Below are positions 1 to 24,317 of a DNA stretch of 64,000 nt, piece after piece. Every line of letters begins with the position of its first letter. Within the stretch, counting starts at the first letter, position 1. Source of the stretch: Callorhinchus milii (lineage: Eukaryota); assembly GCF_018977255.1 (NCBI RefSeq), contig NW_024704750.1, positions 9,300,001 through 9,364,000 on the forward strand. Reading direction: 5' to 3'. The translations under genes and the position numbers were made by a program. Below the pieces are notes generated by a model. It had not been told where the DNA came from. It saw only the letters and a program-made list of their open reading frames with translations, and did no database searches.

Positions 1-459
1 ATTTGGGTGTTCACGATTGTGAACACAATTAACAAATCAATTATAACCTTGTCTTATTGACCACAATTTGTAGTTTATTGGTTTACTGCTCATCATCAAT
101 TATTACTTCAAATTGATATACAATTGTGCTCCGGGATCCGAAGTGGGACCAGGACCCAAAACAGAAATAATTAAAAAAAAGATTCTGTGAACTTGAACGT
201 GGACTCCTGGCAGCCCATTCTCCTATCACATGCTCCCACCTCACTGTCCTTGCTGGCCTCAGGTAGCCAGGGATATCGACTTTGACTTGGTTTGAATCCC
301 GTGAGTGGAAGATGGCTTATTCACTATATTCTGCTTACAGGATTCAAACAATTACAATGCCAGAAATTCTGGCTCGCTGGACTGGATGGTCTGGAGCTAG
401 CTGGAGTTTTCGCACACTTTATATTAATTTTTTTTAATGTAACTATTTTTCTGCTCTAG

Positions 460-3853
<3,394 letters not shown>

Positions 3854-5253
3854 AAAAAAACGGTCAAGTCACAGATTTGCTGTGGAGCAGTCTGCCCGAA
3901 AGATCATTGCTTTTTTTAAAATGAAAGGCAGTGCTACAAATTAAATTTCAACTATTGAAAAAAAAGTGACATTCCATTTCGTACCAGCACTTGGTGGTAG
4001 CAATATTCATATAATTACTATAATGCTAACTATTTATAATGTAAATATAGATTCACTTCTAGCAGTAGCTGTCTCTGAATCACACTGCACATAATCCAGC
4101 CTATACTGATTTAACCTTTAGCTGTGGTATTTTTATACGCGATTTGTGAAATGTAAGCCTTTCTTGAGGGGAAAGGGGAAGAGATGGGAGTCATCTTGTG
4201 TCAAGCATTGTGTCTTAAAGACTTTTGTAGGGATTATGTATGTAGATGACAGAGTATATTTTTATGACCTAAAACTGAAATTCACAAATTCCATCATTTT
4301 AGATTTTTGTATTATGATAGATTTGTTCGCTCATTCATGTAAGCAGAAAAACATCAGTTTTGAGGCTAGTGAAAATGGAAGGCTTTGATGGTACATCTTT
4401 TAAGAATGTTTGTGTGAAGCTGAGTGATGAAGACCTAATAGGTTGTCTTTTATGAAATCCGTAATGTTCAATCAAAGACTGGAATAGAATTATTGAATGT
4501 AACTACTGTACAGTAAGGCAATAATTGGCGCAACAGGCAACACAAACTGCCTTTTTAAAAACTAATGATCCTTAAATGTGAATGTTTTTATTTAATATAT
4601 GTATGTACTTGAGTCCTTAAATTGAAGTCCAGTCATACGCAACCTTGTTTAGTAACATTATTTTGTGTTTTCCTTTGAGAGTTGCAATGTTTTTAAACAC
4701 TGGAATTTCATGATTCTGTTCATTCATTGCTGGAATAGGCTGAACAGTCCCTAATGAATGATGTATGTTTCTTAATTTTGTCTATACTGTATTTTGTATA
4801 AATAATTGTTTCAGTATTAAAAGGCACTGGAAATTGTGTGCTTTTGTGGCTTTGCCGCTTATCTGCTTGTACTAAAGCAAGAAAGGCCTTGGAATGGTTG
4901 ACGTCATGTGGGCAATGGGAAATATCTATTGATATCAGTGAGCAATAACAACACATCAGGACTTGTTGACCTGGCAGATATCATATCCAGCTTTGGGTTC
5001 CAATCAAGCTCAGTGAGACAGTCATTAGTTTGGATTAGGCATGTGTGAAATACTGTATACTAATTTTAACATGCATATCAATGAACGGTGATATATTTGA
5101 GGAAGTTTGGAGAAGAATCAAGATGAAATACAGATATATTATGAGGGTATAATGAAAGCTTACAATGTACCTGCACTCGCTCTGTATTTACGGGAACTTT
5201 TATCAGTCATGAACTGCACATGGAATATTGTAAAATTGTATTTGTAGATTTTC

Positions 5254-5259
5254 AATAAA
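5254..5259 (+). terminator. Candidate polyadenylation signal for PALS1
   Basis: AATAAA about 1.4 kb after the stop codon, following AU-rich UTR-like sequence. Confidence 0.5.
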
Positions 5260-6709
5260 ATGAATCACTCCAGGCTGATGTCAATTGCATCATCATTTGC
5301 GTAACTCATTGAAGTGAGATGCAGCTTCATGTTCTACAAAAGCCATGAAGGGCAGAAAGGTAAATACGGATCTCCAGTGCTTCAAAATAATTATTGGAAA
5401 TTGATCAAATAGAACAAATGCCTGAACTTCAGCAATGGAATGAGGGTTTATGAATATGAATTGCATTTCTGCTACTAAAAATGTGGAAAATATTTATAGA
5501 AACCTTGGTTTAACTAAAAAATAAACTTTTTTTAAAAAGAACATTGAATTTAATCCATGCAATTCCAGAATATTAATTACAGTACTTTCGTATTTAATCA
5601 GATTTAATATGCAATTATTTCCATTTATGATCAAGCATTTATTTGAGGTTTGTCTTTGAATGGTTGTATTTCATTACATAGGTTTAAAACCATACTGTAT
5701 TCCTCATCTGAACTTCCTATTGCCATTTAGATGTAATTTGATAAAACCTCACGACAATGTGTTGATGTATACATTCTGTTTAATGTTGCAAAGTACTTTG
5801 ATAATTGTCTTCCCCATTTAAAAATCCCTGTTGTCATTTTAAAAATGCTTGATGCAGTGATGGTGGGGGGGAGTGGCTTGAGTGTTCTGAAGGGATGAGA
5901 ACTGAGAGGCCCTTTTCATCCAGACCAATCTTGTGAAGTTGCCACAGGTAAGAACGGAACCTAATGCAACAGAACAAGAGATTTATTGGGAATAGAGAAA
6001 GATGTGGAGAAACTGCATTTGAGTGCCAGTCAACAATTTCCCAGTGCCTTGAATGAATTATTTGGCTTTGTGCAAGATTTGAGCTCCAGATTGACTGCAG
6101 GCTGTTACAGAAGAAAAATAATTTGATTTCCACTGCCAAATGTAGCATCACTGATGAAAGCAATAAGAGGTGATCTCACACAGCAAGCACTTCTTAGCAA
6201 GTCTTTTAAAACTTGATTGTTAATTCTGACAACCCCTCACCTTCCACTTGTGGTAAAAGATTGTTACAGTGAAATGCTGCCAGTTCCCTCAAGCAAAATA
6301 TAAGTTTTAAATGCATAACAAACATCATCTGTCTAACACTTTGATTTTAGAAATAATTTAATTATTAATCCAAACAAACACTTGGTACAGCCTCAAAACT
6401 GCACACAGGAATGTTATTATTTGGCTCTTGATAAATCCTTCTTGAATAATAGTAACTGAATATTAGAAAACATTCATAATACAATTTACTGACAACCACA
6501 CAAAGTACTTCAAGAATTGAAATGTTTCATTTATATGTAAAATGAGATGCCTGTTAACTCCTAATCCGGCTAGTATTCAGGTCTGGATTGATAGATTAAT
6601 ATCTTGCATTGAAGTCAACCAACATACATCAAACACCAATACAAATGGCAAGAACAAAACATTTGCTTTTTGAAGGAAAAGCAGCTAATTGAAAAGCCTC
6701 CAGGTGAAG

Positions 6710-9700
6710 TTAGTCAAATAACAGATCTGCATCCCTTTCTTCTTCCAGCAGGTTGGCCGGTTCATGCCCATGGATTGTCCTATAACTCTCCTGCTCTTTT
6801 TCTTGCTTCTCTTTCAAGTTCTTTTTCTTCTCCTGGATTTTTTTCAACCTGTAGATGTACAAAATACCACTTACTCATTCATTTTCCTATAAATGTTGAT
6901 GCCACTACTTGACCAAGGCAAACCTGAAGTTAATTGTTGGTACAGTTGGTACCAAATACTGGTTAAATCTACTCTACCGGCACCTCTTGATACTCCCAAA
7001 GTGATGAAAAATGTTAATGGTTTAATCAAATCATGTTCATGCAAGCATGAAGTACTTGATGCAGAACTGAATTTATAACCGGATTATACTGTACTACTGT
7101 AGTTTATTTTCGAGGCTATTAAACCTTAAGTCCTGGGTATTTCACATCAGCAGCAACAACTTGCATTTATATCATGCCTTTTATATATAAGTGCTTGACA
7201 AATATTGTAGTGAAAAAAACTAATGTAGGGCTATATTAGAACATGTACCTCATAATGCAAAAAATGTTGTCCTTGAACAGTATTCAAGCAATGATACAGT
7301 ATTTAGAACCATCCTGTCAATTGAATTTTACAGCAGCAACCTGCTGAGAGCAATCCACAATCTCTTTGATTTGCTGGTGCCTTTCTAAGAAATGTGTTAA
7401 TTTGAAAGCCAGCATTGCTATTTATATTACTGCAACGTGTTGCTGGTTTAACATAGCATGCAAAGGCAAGCCTGGGAATAAGACCTTTGACCAATGAGTG
7501 AAATGGTTTCAAATTTGAGCTTGATGATTTCACACTGCAGTAATTAAGCTTTGTACACATTGCTTACCTATAAAATTCCTCCCTTTCTCTCTCGTCCAGT
7601 TCAGTTATGATGTACGATAAGGTACGCTCAATGCGAGGAATGATCACTGGGAAGTGAAACAACATAAGGAATACTTCTGTGCAGATTGAATATCTATATG
7701 TCAACAATTGTTCAATAGATGTCTCCCAATTCCCCCACAGTCCATATTTGGCTTGTTCCATTTAAACACCTCTGATTTTAGCTAGATTTAAAAATCTCAG
7801 ATCAAGCAATCCCAGGATAGCCAGATGTAGAGTAATATTTATACATTCTTCCCAAACGTAACCCCAACTTCAGTACACCCCTAACTAGACCAGTACCACC
7901 CATCATCCTCTAAGGAGGTAAAGTAATAAGGTAAATCTGTTTTTTGCAAAGCGGCGTAACATATTTAAGCTCTGTGCAATAAAGTTACATCAAAGTGCAA
8001 AACTTACCATGTTCAATGGCATTTACACGTCTATTTGTGATCTTTATAGCTTCATCCAATGTCACAAATGAAGTCTGAAACAAAACAATTTAGTACATTT
8101 TACATTTGATAATATTTTCAATGTTTTTCACTACATTAATGATCTCTCATTCCGTACATTGTGTGTTGACACATATTCTGATAACAAATGTGGAGCTAGT
8201 GAAATGGGGTTTCTGAACTGTACATTCTATACTACAATTTTTTTAAAAAAAGATATAATCTTGTTGAGCACTCATTGTTTGTGGTATACAGCATCATGGT
8301 ATAGTGGTACATCATCATAATATTGTGTAGTCAATCTTGCAAAGTGGCTTGGGATTAGTCCTGCACAATCAACAAGCTATGACGGCCACATGTCGTATGT
8401 GTGCTGGTATTTTGTCTTATCATAATCTTGCTTGCTTCCATTTTTTTTTCTTCCATCGATTTCGGAACATTTCAAGATAGTTTTCAAATCCCTTCATGCA
8501 CCTGCCTATCTCACCGACCTGCTTACTCCCCAACTCACTCCCGCTACCTCCGCTCGACAGGCTCCAACCTCCTGAATGTTGCTTGTGCCTTCTGTTCCAC
8601 AATCGGTGGCTGTGCCTTCATGCAATGTATACATCAGGTACTGACTATTGCTGATTTTGAAAACTTAATGAACGATTGTATAAGTTTATAATCTTGTTTG
8701 TTTTATATGCAAGGTAGGTCTTTGAATGTGGTCAAAAAAGTCAAATCACCCAAAGCTAAAGAGAAAGTCCTTCATTTTTTGGCCGCTCCTTAGTTTAAGT
8801 TGATTTATTTGGCATTTTTTACTGAACAGGTGCTTTTTCCTTTTTGTGTAATAGGTAGAGGCTCCACTTCACCACAATACTCACCAACAGATTTGTGGAA
8901 TTTAACTGCGATAGCACAATTCAAACCATGTCCAGATTATTTTATTTTCCAAATTTTGTTCAAGAAATAAGACTAGGTGCACATTCCTAGTATAGTTAAA
9001 ACAGGTGGCACCTTAATGTGGTAATTATTTTTAAAAATATGCAACTCGTATTATTTTTGTGGCGTAGATTGAATTTTTGTAGTGAAAAAGTTATTATAAT
9101 CACCTCTCTGTGCCTCTTACCTGCAGTGACGCCAGTTCAACCAAAAGCTCTACTGCTTTTGCATAATTTCTCTTGAGTTTAGCCAACTGTTCTCCGCCTC
9201 TGGCAAGTCCAGTCAGCTCATAACCTGACGAGAATCAGAAAATGAAGAACCCGTCTCTCAGGTCATATTTGCTTGAAATGGTAAGTACTGTACCTTCATG
9301 TTTAATCACTAGCTTTAACAAGTGCAGAGAAGTGCAGAAAAATAGTAATAATTTGGTCACTCAATCCACAATTGTTTGTGGGACACTGCTGTGCACAATT
9401 GGCTGCCACTTTTTGCCCACCAATATACAGTTATTCTCCTTTGCAGTATATTCTGTGAAGCGCTTTGAGACTTCTAGAAGACCTGAAAAGTGCTGCATCG
9501 AATGCAAGGATTATTATTATTATTGTTAGAACAGAATGATTGGGACAGCCAAGGGCGGGTTTGAGAGTTATGGAAATGGGGAATTGTGTACAAGTGTTGA
9601 TCTATCTGAAGAGGATTTTTAACTGCCTCTATAGAACTGTCTCTCAGGATATTGGAAAGTTAAGTGTGAAAATTATACTTTATGATTGTTTTGGGGATTG

Positions 9701-12700
9701 AGGGAATTGGTGTATAGAATGTCTTATCCAGAAGATGGCAGCAAATGATGCCTGGTGCTCAAATACAATGTGCAATGTATTCAATCCTCTTCCTTGTTCT
9801 GCTGCATGCATTCTCTACTCTCTTTCCACATATATCACTTTTTCTGGAACATTTCCCACAAGCACTGTAAAAATAATCATTCAAAAGTACAAATTCATTG
9901 TTTAAATCAATATTCATTCTATCTTCTATTTAGGGAAACAACTTTGGTAACAGAATAAACTGTTATTTCTGGTAAGTAAATAAATGTATACTTACTATCT
10001 CCTCCTTCATGGTAGTGTTCAAACACTGGCAGAGTAACACCTATCAAGAGAGTTGATTTATTCATTAACGCCGCTTCCAACAAATGAGTTAACAGCAAAT
10101 CATCTGTTACCAAAACCTTGAGCTGCCTCATTAAGCGCTCTGAGATGCTACCCTATGTGAGGGGCACTATATAAATGTAAGTTGTTGTTGATCAATCTTA
10201 AGCTCTTGTTTTATGTATTGTGAAGTAAATAGTTTGTGTGCTGATCATTTTATTCGTCACTGATAAGACAATTGGCAGAAATAATACCATGTTTCATAAA
10301 AAGACCAAGATTCAAACATACTTCGTAAAGCATACCTGCTACGTTGTCTCGCTTAGCTCGGACCTTGACTTGTGCCTTGTTCACATTCTGGATCACAGTG
10401 GTACTGCAAAAAATGAAACAAGGATATCAGCCACAAATATCAAGAGTAGTTACATGATGTACTCTGTTATTTCATTTTCTTGATGTAGTTCTTGAACATC
10501 AGCTGAATAGATAATCACTCTATTGATATTACTTAGTTCTGTGCAAACATATTTCTCCACACAGAGGAAAAACAATGAAACATTGCTTTTATTGGAACCT
10601 GGCCCAAATAGTCAATTACATTATTAGCACAAAGCCTTTGCAAAAGGGCAGAGGGAAAAACTGAGAGAGGATTATTGTTCCATGTACATTGCTGGAGCTA
10701 GTTTTATCCTCCCTTGAAGATGTTATCTTACCTGAAGTCTCCAGCAGTAAACTTAGCTTCCGCCAAGGAAAAGGCTGCCTCCCTCATTACTTCACCCATC
10801 AGAGTCTTAGTCTGGAGGAATGAAATGCCAGTTAATTCAAATCAAGCAATAAGAAGTCAGTCCAATTTTTTTTGTCAGACAATCACAATGTTTGAATATT
10901 CAAATCACCCACCCATCCACCTAACTATGCATGAAGATTTCCCATTTGTCTGGACTGGAGTGTGCATTGTCTCCTCAGATGACTGCACCCTGCATACCTA
11001 ATGCCAGAAAGTATTGGGCTGGTCAGCGTAGCAGGAGCCATGTTTTGGGGTCACCAGAGTGTATTTTGACTTGCTGCTTAAACCACATTTTAGCATAGTT
11101 TGCCATTTTAAACATGGTCTGGAAGCTTCCAACTGCTTGTCCAGATTGCACTTTCTTACCAGTTAGAACTTTGGCTTGCAGGAGCTGAATGGGATGAATC
11201 CCTCACCCAAGTATCTAGTCTGCCCCTTCATGTCCTGCCAAAGAGCCAGGCTGGCTTTTCAACAATGGTTTGGTGTGCTGGTAACTCACCTGTCTCAGGA
11301 ACCAGACCACCAAGCCCACAACAGAGGATCACCTTGATTTTGATATTTTAATGTCAAGTATGTCACTTTGAAGGCAGCACAGCATTGAAGAGACCCCATT
11401 TATCTCTCTCCCACCAGGATAGTCATTGCTTAGTTATCATTAGACATCTGAGAAGTGTAGGTTTGAGCCCACTGTGTGGATAGCAATTACCAGCTCCTCC
11501 TGGTGAACTGCTGAACTCCACCATTCCAACTAGTGGAACCATCACTCAATAGGAAGGGGTAGGGATGTCTGTCCATGCTGTGGGCAGGGGTTGGTGGTAG
11601 TGCATGCTCTCTCTCTATTAGGTTGTACTTAAACGAGAACAAGTCAGTCAGAAGCTTTCCTGACAAACTTGCTACTGTTCCAAAAGGACAATTTATAAAT
11701 TGGAGGCAAAATGAATGAATAGTTTTGGTAACTCAAATTCTTCTGATGGAATTTTCACCTCAATAATCTTTTTCAAGATTTGTCTGAAGCGAAGAGTAAG
11801 GGCATCAGACTTCTTCTTTAGTAAATTACGACCAGTCTGAGCACCTTTCAAACGTGCCTTCATTATCGTCTGTACCCTGAAAGAAAAAATAAAGCATTCA
11901 AACAGCTTACTTTGGGGACTGTCTGTTGAAAAGAATGAAAGTAGCTTTAAAATAAATAAGATTTGTCTTTTAACATTGAGTGGTAACCCGAGATCTTCTC
12001 ACAACTATATGAGCTGTAAAGCCCCCAGTAACAGAAATACTAATTTACCAATGAGTCATGTTGGACAATCTGTTGTCAACAGTGCTGTGAAGCTCTGTGG
12101 ATCTAACTGGCCCAAGTACCAGAATACTGAGACCGCCTGATTTTGATATTGATTTGCCAAGCACATCACCTTGGAACCAGCTCAGCCCCAAGGAGACTTG
12201 ATGTACCTCACTTCTCTCCCACCCCCAGAAGATGGTCACTAGTTGTTCACCTGACAACCACTTGTTTGGGATGTCCTCCTGATGTGAAAGGCGCTTTATA
12301 AATGGAATCTTGTTGTTGTTGTTTGAGCTATTGCTAGGTTGATAGCAGATACCAGGAACCCCTTGCGTGTCTCTTGGGTGAGCAGCACAACTCAACATGA
12401 AATGTTAGGAACTTTGTTACTGTTAACAACAACTTGCATTTATATAGCACCCCTCACGTAGGGTAGCATCTCATCGGTGATTCTCGTAATCACAGCTCAG
12501 ACACTGTGATTCCTATCCATTGAGTAGTGGTTCCCCCCCACTTGGAAGTGCAGAGCTGCAGAAGCCACTATTCTGTACACTGTGTACTAAGTGACAATAC
12601 AAGCTGTCAATCTATCTCTTCCTCACTCCCAAGAATAAGAACCTGATAAAAGCAGTGCTTTAAATGCCAGCAGTACATTTCAAAGCACGTCACCTGATTC

Positions 12701-13299
12701 ACTGCGATGCTTAGTGACTGTGTATTTGGGGAATTTGCAGAGCGAACGAGACGGAAGGGGTCATCATATGGATCAAAGTGATGATGTGTGACTGATGGCA
12801 AGATGCAACATTGCGTCTTTGCATTTCATATATGTATATATATATAAATAAAAAAAAGGTTCGACTTGAGCAATAGTGGATTGCAACATCTTGGGTTCAG
12901 TTACTGGTGCCGGGTTGCGGAATGACATTGTATCATCCCTCAGCAGTTTTAGTTCCTTTTCTCTTCCTCTCTTCCTTCCCGGGCGCCGGGTTCTTCCGAG
13001 GCCTCTCAACGTCCATAATTTGCAAAACAGGGCTAACTGATTGCTATTTGATCGCGATTCGGATAAACTGACAAATGTTACATCCCCTTCCCCCCCTCCC
13101 CCCCTCCTCCTCCTCCCCCCCCCCTCCTCCTCCTCCCCCCTCCTCCCTCCCCCCCCCCCCCTTGAACATCTCGCAGATGTATTTTTTCCCCCTCCTTTTT
13201 AAAAACAGCGCAATTATTCCAAGAAGCACGACCTCGAGCAGGAGCGCCCGATACTTACATCCGAGAGGGAAAGACCTCAATCCTCTCCTTCCCCGACAT
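6710..13299 (-). CDS. ATP6V1D: V-type proton ATPase subunit D, complete, 9 coding exons, 246 aa
   Basis: Exons 13259-13299, 11759-11876, 10732-10811, 10336-10403, 9996-10040, 9121-9224, 8008-8074, 7568-7646 and 6710-6848 are all GT-AG and total 741 nt. Translation: [40 protein letters not shown]...[57 protein letters not shown]...[17 protein letters not shown]. Confidence 0.98.
8480..8620 (+). mobile_element. Degenerate L2-type LINE fragment
   Basis: TTTTCAAATCCCTTCAT...ACCTCCGCTC...GGCTGTGCCTTCA resembles the L2 3' region at 41008-41180. Confidence 0.5.
9352..9525 (+). mobile_element. SINE 3' half (same family as 37821-38139 and 47225-47612)
   Basis: TTTGTGGGACACTGCTGTGCACAATTGGCTGCC...GTGAAGCGCTTTGAG...AATGCAAGG(ATT)n. 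Confidence 0.8.
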
Positions 13300-14650
13300 C
13301 TTTGCTCCGGGAGTGGGGGGGGAGGGGTCGCAGGAGCCGCAACAACAGAGAAGGATCGAGGAACGCTCGTCGATGGACCCGGACAGAGGTCGTGAGGATT
13401 TTTCGGATAGACCGACCACACGAGTGTGGCCAGAGAGCTGCCTCAGCCCAGGGAAGGGTCTGTGTGTGTGTGTTTGCTGTAATGTCTCAGCTCCCCGCCC
13501 TGGGGTTGGCAACCAGCTGAGCAATGGTCACGTGAGGACCGGAAGTGACCCTCTCCTGCTCCCTCCTCCTTCCCACTTTGGCGGCTAAACGCGCGCGCAC
13601 CAACACGAAACCCTCAATCGGTCAATATTCAACACTCCCCCGGGAGGGAGGCACACCTACATATAAATACATATAGTTTTAAAAATGAAATAAAGCAAGA
13701 AGGGTAATGAGTCTTCACGGTTACACCGTGAGGCGCACGTCCGCCTGGGCGCTCGCCTCTTCTTTTACCAATATGGCGGCGGTTCCGGTGGCCCTGACCG
13801 GTTTGCTGCCCACTGCCCGCCCACCTCCCGTGAGCTCAACATTCAAATCAACCGGGAGGGGAGGGGGGGGCTTCACAGAGAAAGCGGCCGCCGGAGCAGC
13901 CACACTTTAGTTTAAAAACAACGCGATTTTTAATTTCATAAGCGATGGATCGGGGGAGGAGGGGGGGTGAAAGAGAGGTGACCTTTGACCTCCGACTTCC
14001 CTCTTCCTCCCTGCCACCGCGGTGGGCGCAGGCGCACTGAGTGTCTCGGGAGGGTGGGGGGCGGTGCACGCGCTGAGGAACCAGGCGGAAACGGCGGAGG
14101 CGGCGCGCAGACCGGTTTCTAACGGACGCTCGTTCCATTCAACCTCGTGCGGCGGCGGCGCTTCGTCCTCCTCCTCCTCCTCCTCTCACAGACTCCTTCC
14201 AGGTAATGGAGCCGGGCGGCGGGGGTGCGGAAAAAATATAGGGCAAGGCCGGGTGAGAGGTGGCGTGGGGCCTACCGGCCGACCGGCCTGCCTGCCGGCC
14301 GGCGGGAGGGGAGGGGAGGGGAGGGAAGCGAGGCCTGGGGACTGGCTGCGTTTCAGACTCCATCCCACAGAGAGGAGATGCGGTCTCTCTCTCGCTCGCT
14401 CGCACGTTTTTTTTTTGGGGGGTGTGCGTGTGTTGTTCGCGGGGAAAACGTGTTCCTTGGCGATGGAGCAATAAAATCGAAGCGAAGGCGAACGTGTTCA
14501 TCCGACTGATTTTTCTGTTAGCGTTTCGTCGTTTGAAACGAGTTCCGTCGCTGATGAAACCACTGGATGGTTTTGTGTATTGGTCCTATTGACCCTGCGA
14601 CCACCGCTTTCACCCCCCCCCACCCCCCATCGTTTGCACCCGCACCTACC
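12950..14650. promoter_or_regulatory. CpG island and bidirectional promoter of ATP6V1D (-) and EIF2S1 (+)
   Basis: GC- and CpG-rich block between divergent first exons. Motifs: GTCACGTGA (13527), ETS/GABP CCGGAAGTG (13539), YY1-like AATATGGCGGC (13770), NRF1-like GCGCAGGCGCA (14026). Boundaries approximate. Confidence 0.85.
14100..14202 (+). other. EIF2S1: Probable non-coding exon 1 of EIF2S1 (5' end approximate)
   Basis: Donor CCAG|GTAATG at 14202/14203 inside the CpG island. The coding exon at 16635 starts 1 nt before the ATG, so an upstream UTR exon is required. Confidence 0.6.
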
Positions 14651-14984
14651 CAGAGTCTATCATTTGGGGTTTTTATTAATGAAAAGTATCAATAGGAAGG
14701 AAGGCTTATTGATGGGATCAAGGTGAGGAATAGCAATGTTAGCAGATGTGCGGGTACACGCCTGTATTTTGCCCCAAGTGGTGTTGCGCTGCCTAACCTC
14801 ACAAGGCAGTTGATATTATGTACTTATGGATGTTTTCCACGTGCAGGTGGCATATATAATAATTGGCATTTGCTATAGTGTTCCCGGGCACTGCTGATGA
14901 CAGCACGGCCTGGTTCAGCGGCAGGAGTTGGAAGGTCTTGCCACCATCCAGCAGCAGGACCTGTTGGGTTCATCCAAGCTGACA

Positions 14985-15250
14985 GGACATCAGCTGACTG
15001 GGAGTCCCAGGTGGAGGAGGAGAAGTAGATTTGGGTGTTATCCACATACATGTAGAAATTGACCCCATGTCTGCGGATTACATCGCCGAGAGGGAACATG
15101 TAGATAAGGAAAAGAAGGGGGGCAAGAATGGAGCCTTGGGGTATTCTGCAATTGCCCAGGCAGGAGCGGGAAGAAAAACTACTTGCCGAGATGTATTGTT
15201 GGTGGTTTATTAAGTAAGACTTAAACCATGCGCGTGCAGTCCCACTAAGG
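14985..15250 (-). mobile_element. L2-clade LINE reverse transcriptase fragment
   Basis: Translation PLGDVIRRHGVNFYMYVDNTQIY is a degenerate YADD RT motif (Y-A-D-D-T-Q-L-Y type). Confidence 0.8.
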
Positions 15251-16566
15251 ATAATTCTTAACTCCTAATGAAGCCTTTATTTGTTACAAAACTTGAATAC
15301 TACTCCCATTTCTGGAGAGGCTCTTCTAGCACATCTCTTAGATTCTTGAATTGGCTACAAAAACAAATGACTTTTTCTCTCTTTCAATTCTTCACTGTTA
15401 AAAACTAGAATAATACATTCTGGCAAAACCGTCCAAAGGGTTAAGTTCAATTGACAAACTGAGGTAAAAATATACTGATGGGTGCAATTCTGTTGCAAAG
15501 AAAATGGTAGAATGGTTAACAAAGCCAATTCACGTTTTTGTTTCCACTCATTTCTGTAATAATTTGAAGTGCCTTTGCATTATTGTAGATGGGTTTCAAT
15601 GCAAAAGTGCAATTATTTGTCTAATCGTAGTTCAGAGAGAGAATCTCTAGATTTGAAATCTGCACCCAAGGGAATTTGCATCAAGTGTGGTGTAAATTTG
15701 TGTGATCTGTAGTTCTGTAATAGTGTTTGGAACATGAATGAAATTGTGGACACATGTGAATGCAAATTTTGCCTGAGAGTATTAAGCTCAGGTTCGTGAT
15801 GATCAAAATAGTTGATAGTTTAGTAGTGTAATGCTATATTAAAGTTTGAAAATGTAAGAAAAGTCTTGAGTCAAATTAACGTATACTTTTGAGAAAGATA
15901 TGACTTATTTAAAATGTCATTTACCTGTCTTCTTCCAAGTTAATCTGAGGGATGGCCAGAAGTGCTTGAGGGAAATGGGTAAAATAAAGACAAAGTTTTG
16001 AGACAGAGTAGACTATTAGAGTAATTAATGAGAGATTTGGGTGCAGGTTATTGTAGCAAATGTTTTATCCTCTTAATGCTTGACATGCAGCTACTGAAAG
16101 GATCTGAAACCTTTAGACTGTCATGAAGACATGATCTTTTGTTTTTACTTCTACATTTTATATTTGCTTTTGAGGTATTTTATATAATACCTAGTTGGAC
16201 CTCTGTCGATTCCTCAGCAAATATACAAGGAGTACAGACTGGTTGGATTTTTACTTGAGTCACCTTTCGTTCCCTTTTTCAAGTGGTTGGTGTTCAATGC
16301 ATTTTTATAAATTTTAGTGTAAGAGATTTAACTGTTCCCAGAATATTTCCATTGTGACTTTCTTGTTTTGCATTAGATTATTTCCTTAGCTTGTACATGA
16401 CAGTGTCCAATTGTTGAGCTGTTGTGTACAGTCATCTGCACAGTTTTCACCAATGCTATTTTATGTACTGAAGTTTGGCCCCAGTAGATTGACTTCAATG
16501 TGGTGAACAGTCATAGTCAGGAATTTAATTTGAAGGTTGCTGTTCTTGATAAAGCTCATACATTAA

Positions 16567-23871
<7,305 letters not shown>

Positions 23872-24311
23872 TGCTGTGGGAAGGTTATGTACACAAGAAG
23901 TGGATCAGGGAAACGTAAACTCCAATCAAAATACAGACTCCAAAACCATCAGTATTGGATGTATCCAAACAATTTCATTCAAGAGTATTTTATTTCCCAT
24001 TTATACAGGTTACAATCAGGGATTGTTTTTTACCATTTGGAATTATTTTTCAAAGTATCCGTTCCTATTGAAAATGTTCACAGTTGTCTTAACTCTGAGA
24101 AGCTGTAACTGTTCTCCAAAAATAGTGAAATCTTGATGGAGGGAGTGGAGTTAGGCTTGTATCTTAAACAGAAAACTTCAAAATTATATTGAGACGCTTG
24201 TAAATCACTGATTGTGTAACACTTAACCTCACAGTGGAGTTTTACAAGAATATGGCTCTGCAAGAGGGACAGAACATTTCTTTCTAGCAGAATTGTATTC
24301 AGACCTGAAAC

Positions 24312-24317
24312 AATAAA
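24312..24317 (+). terminator. Candidate polyadenylation signal for EIF2S1
   Basis: AATAAA about 440 nt after the stop, followed by T-rich sequence. Confidence 0.55.

Noticed and set aside
13044-14592. Multiple overlapping Gly/Pro/Arg-rich ORFs
   Set aside because: Stop-poor GC-rich promoter; only 13259-13299 is coding
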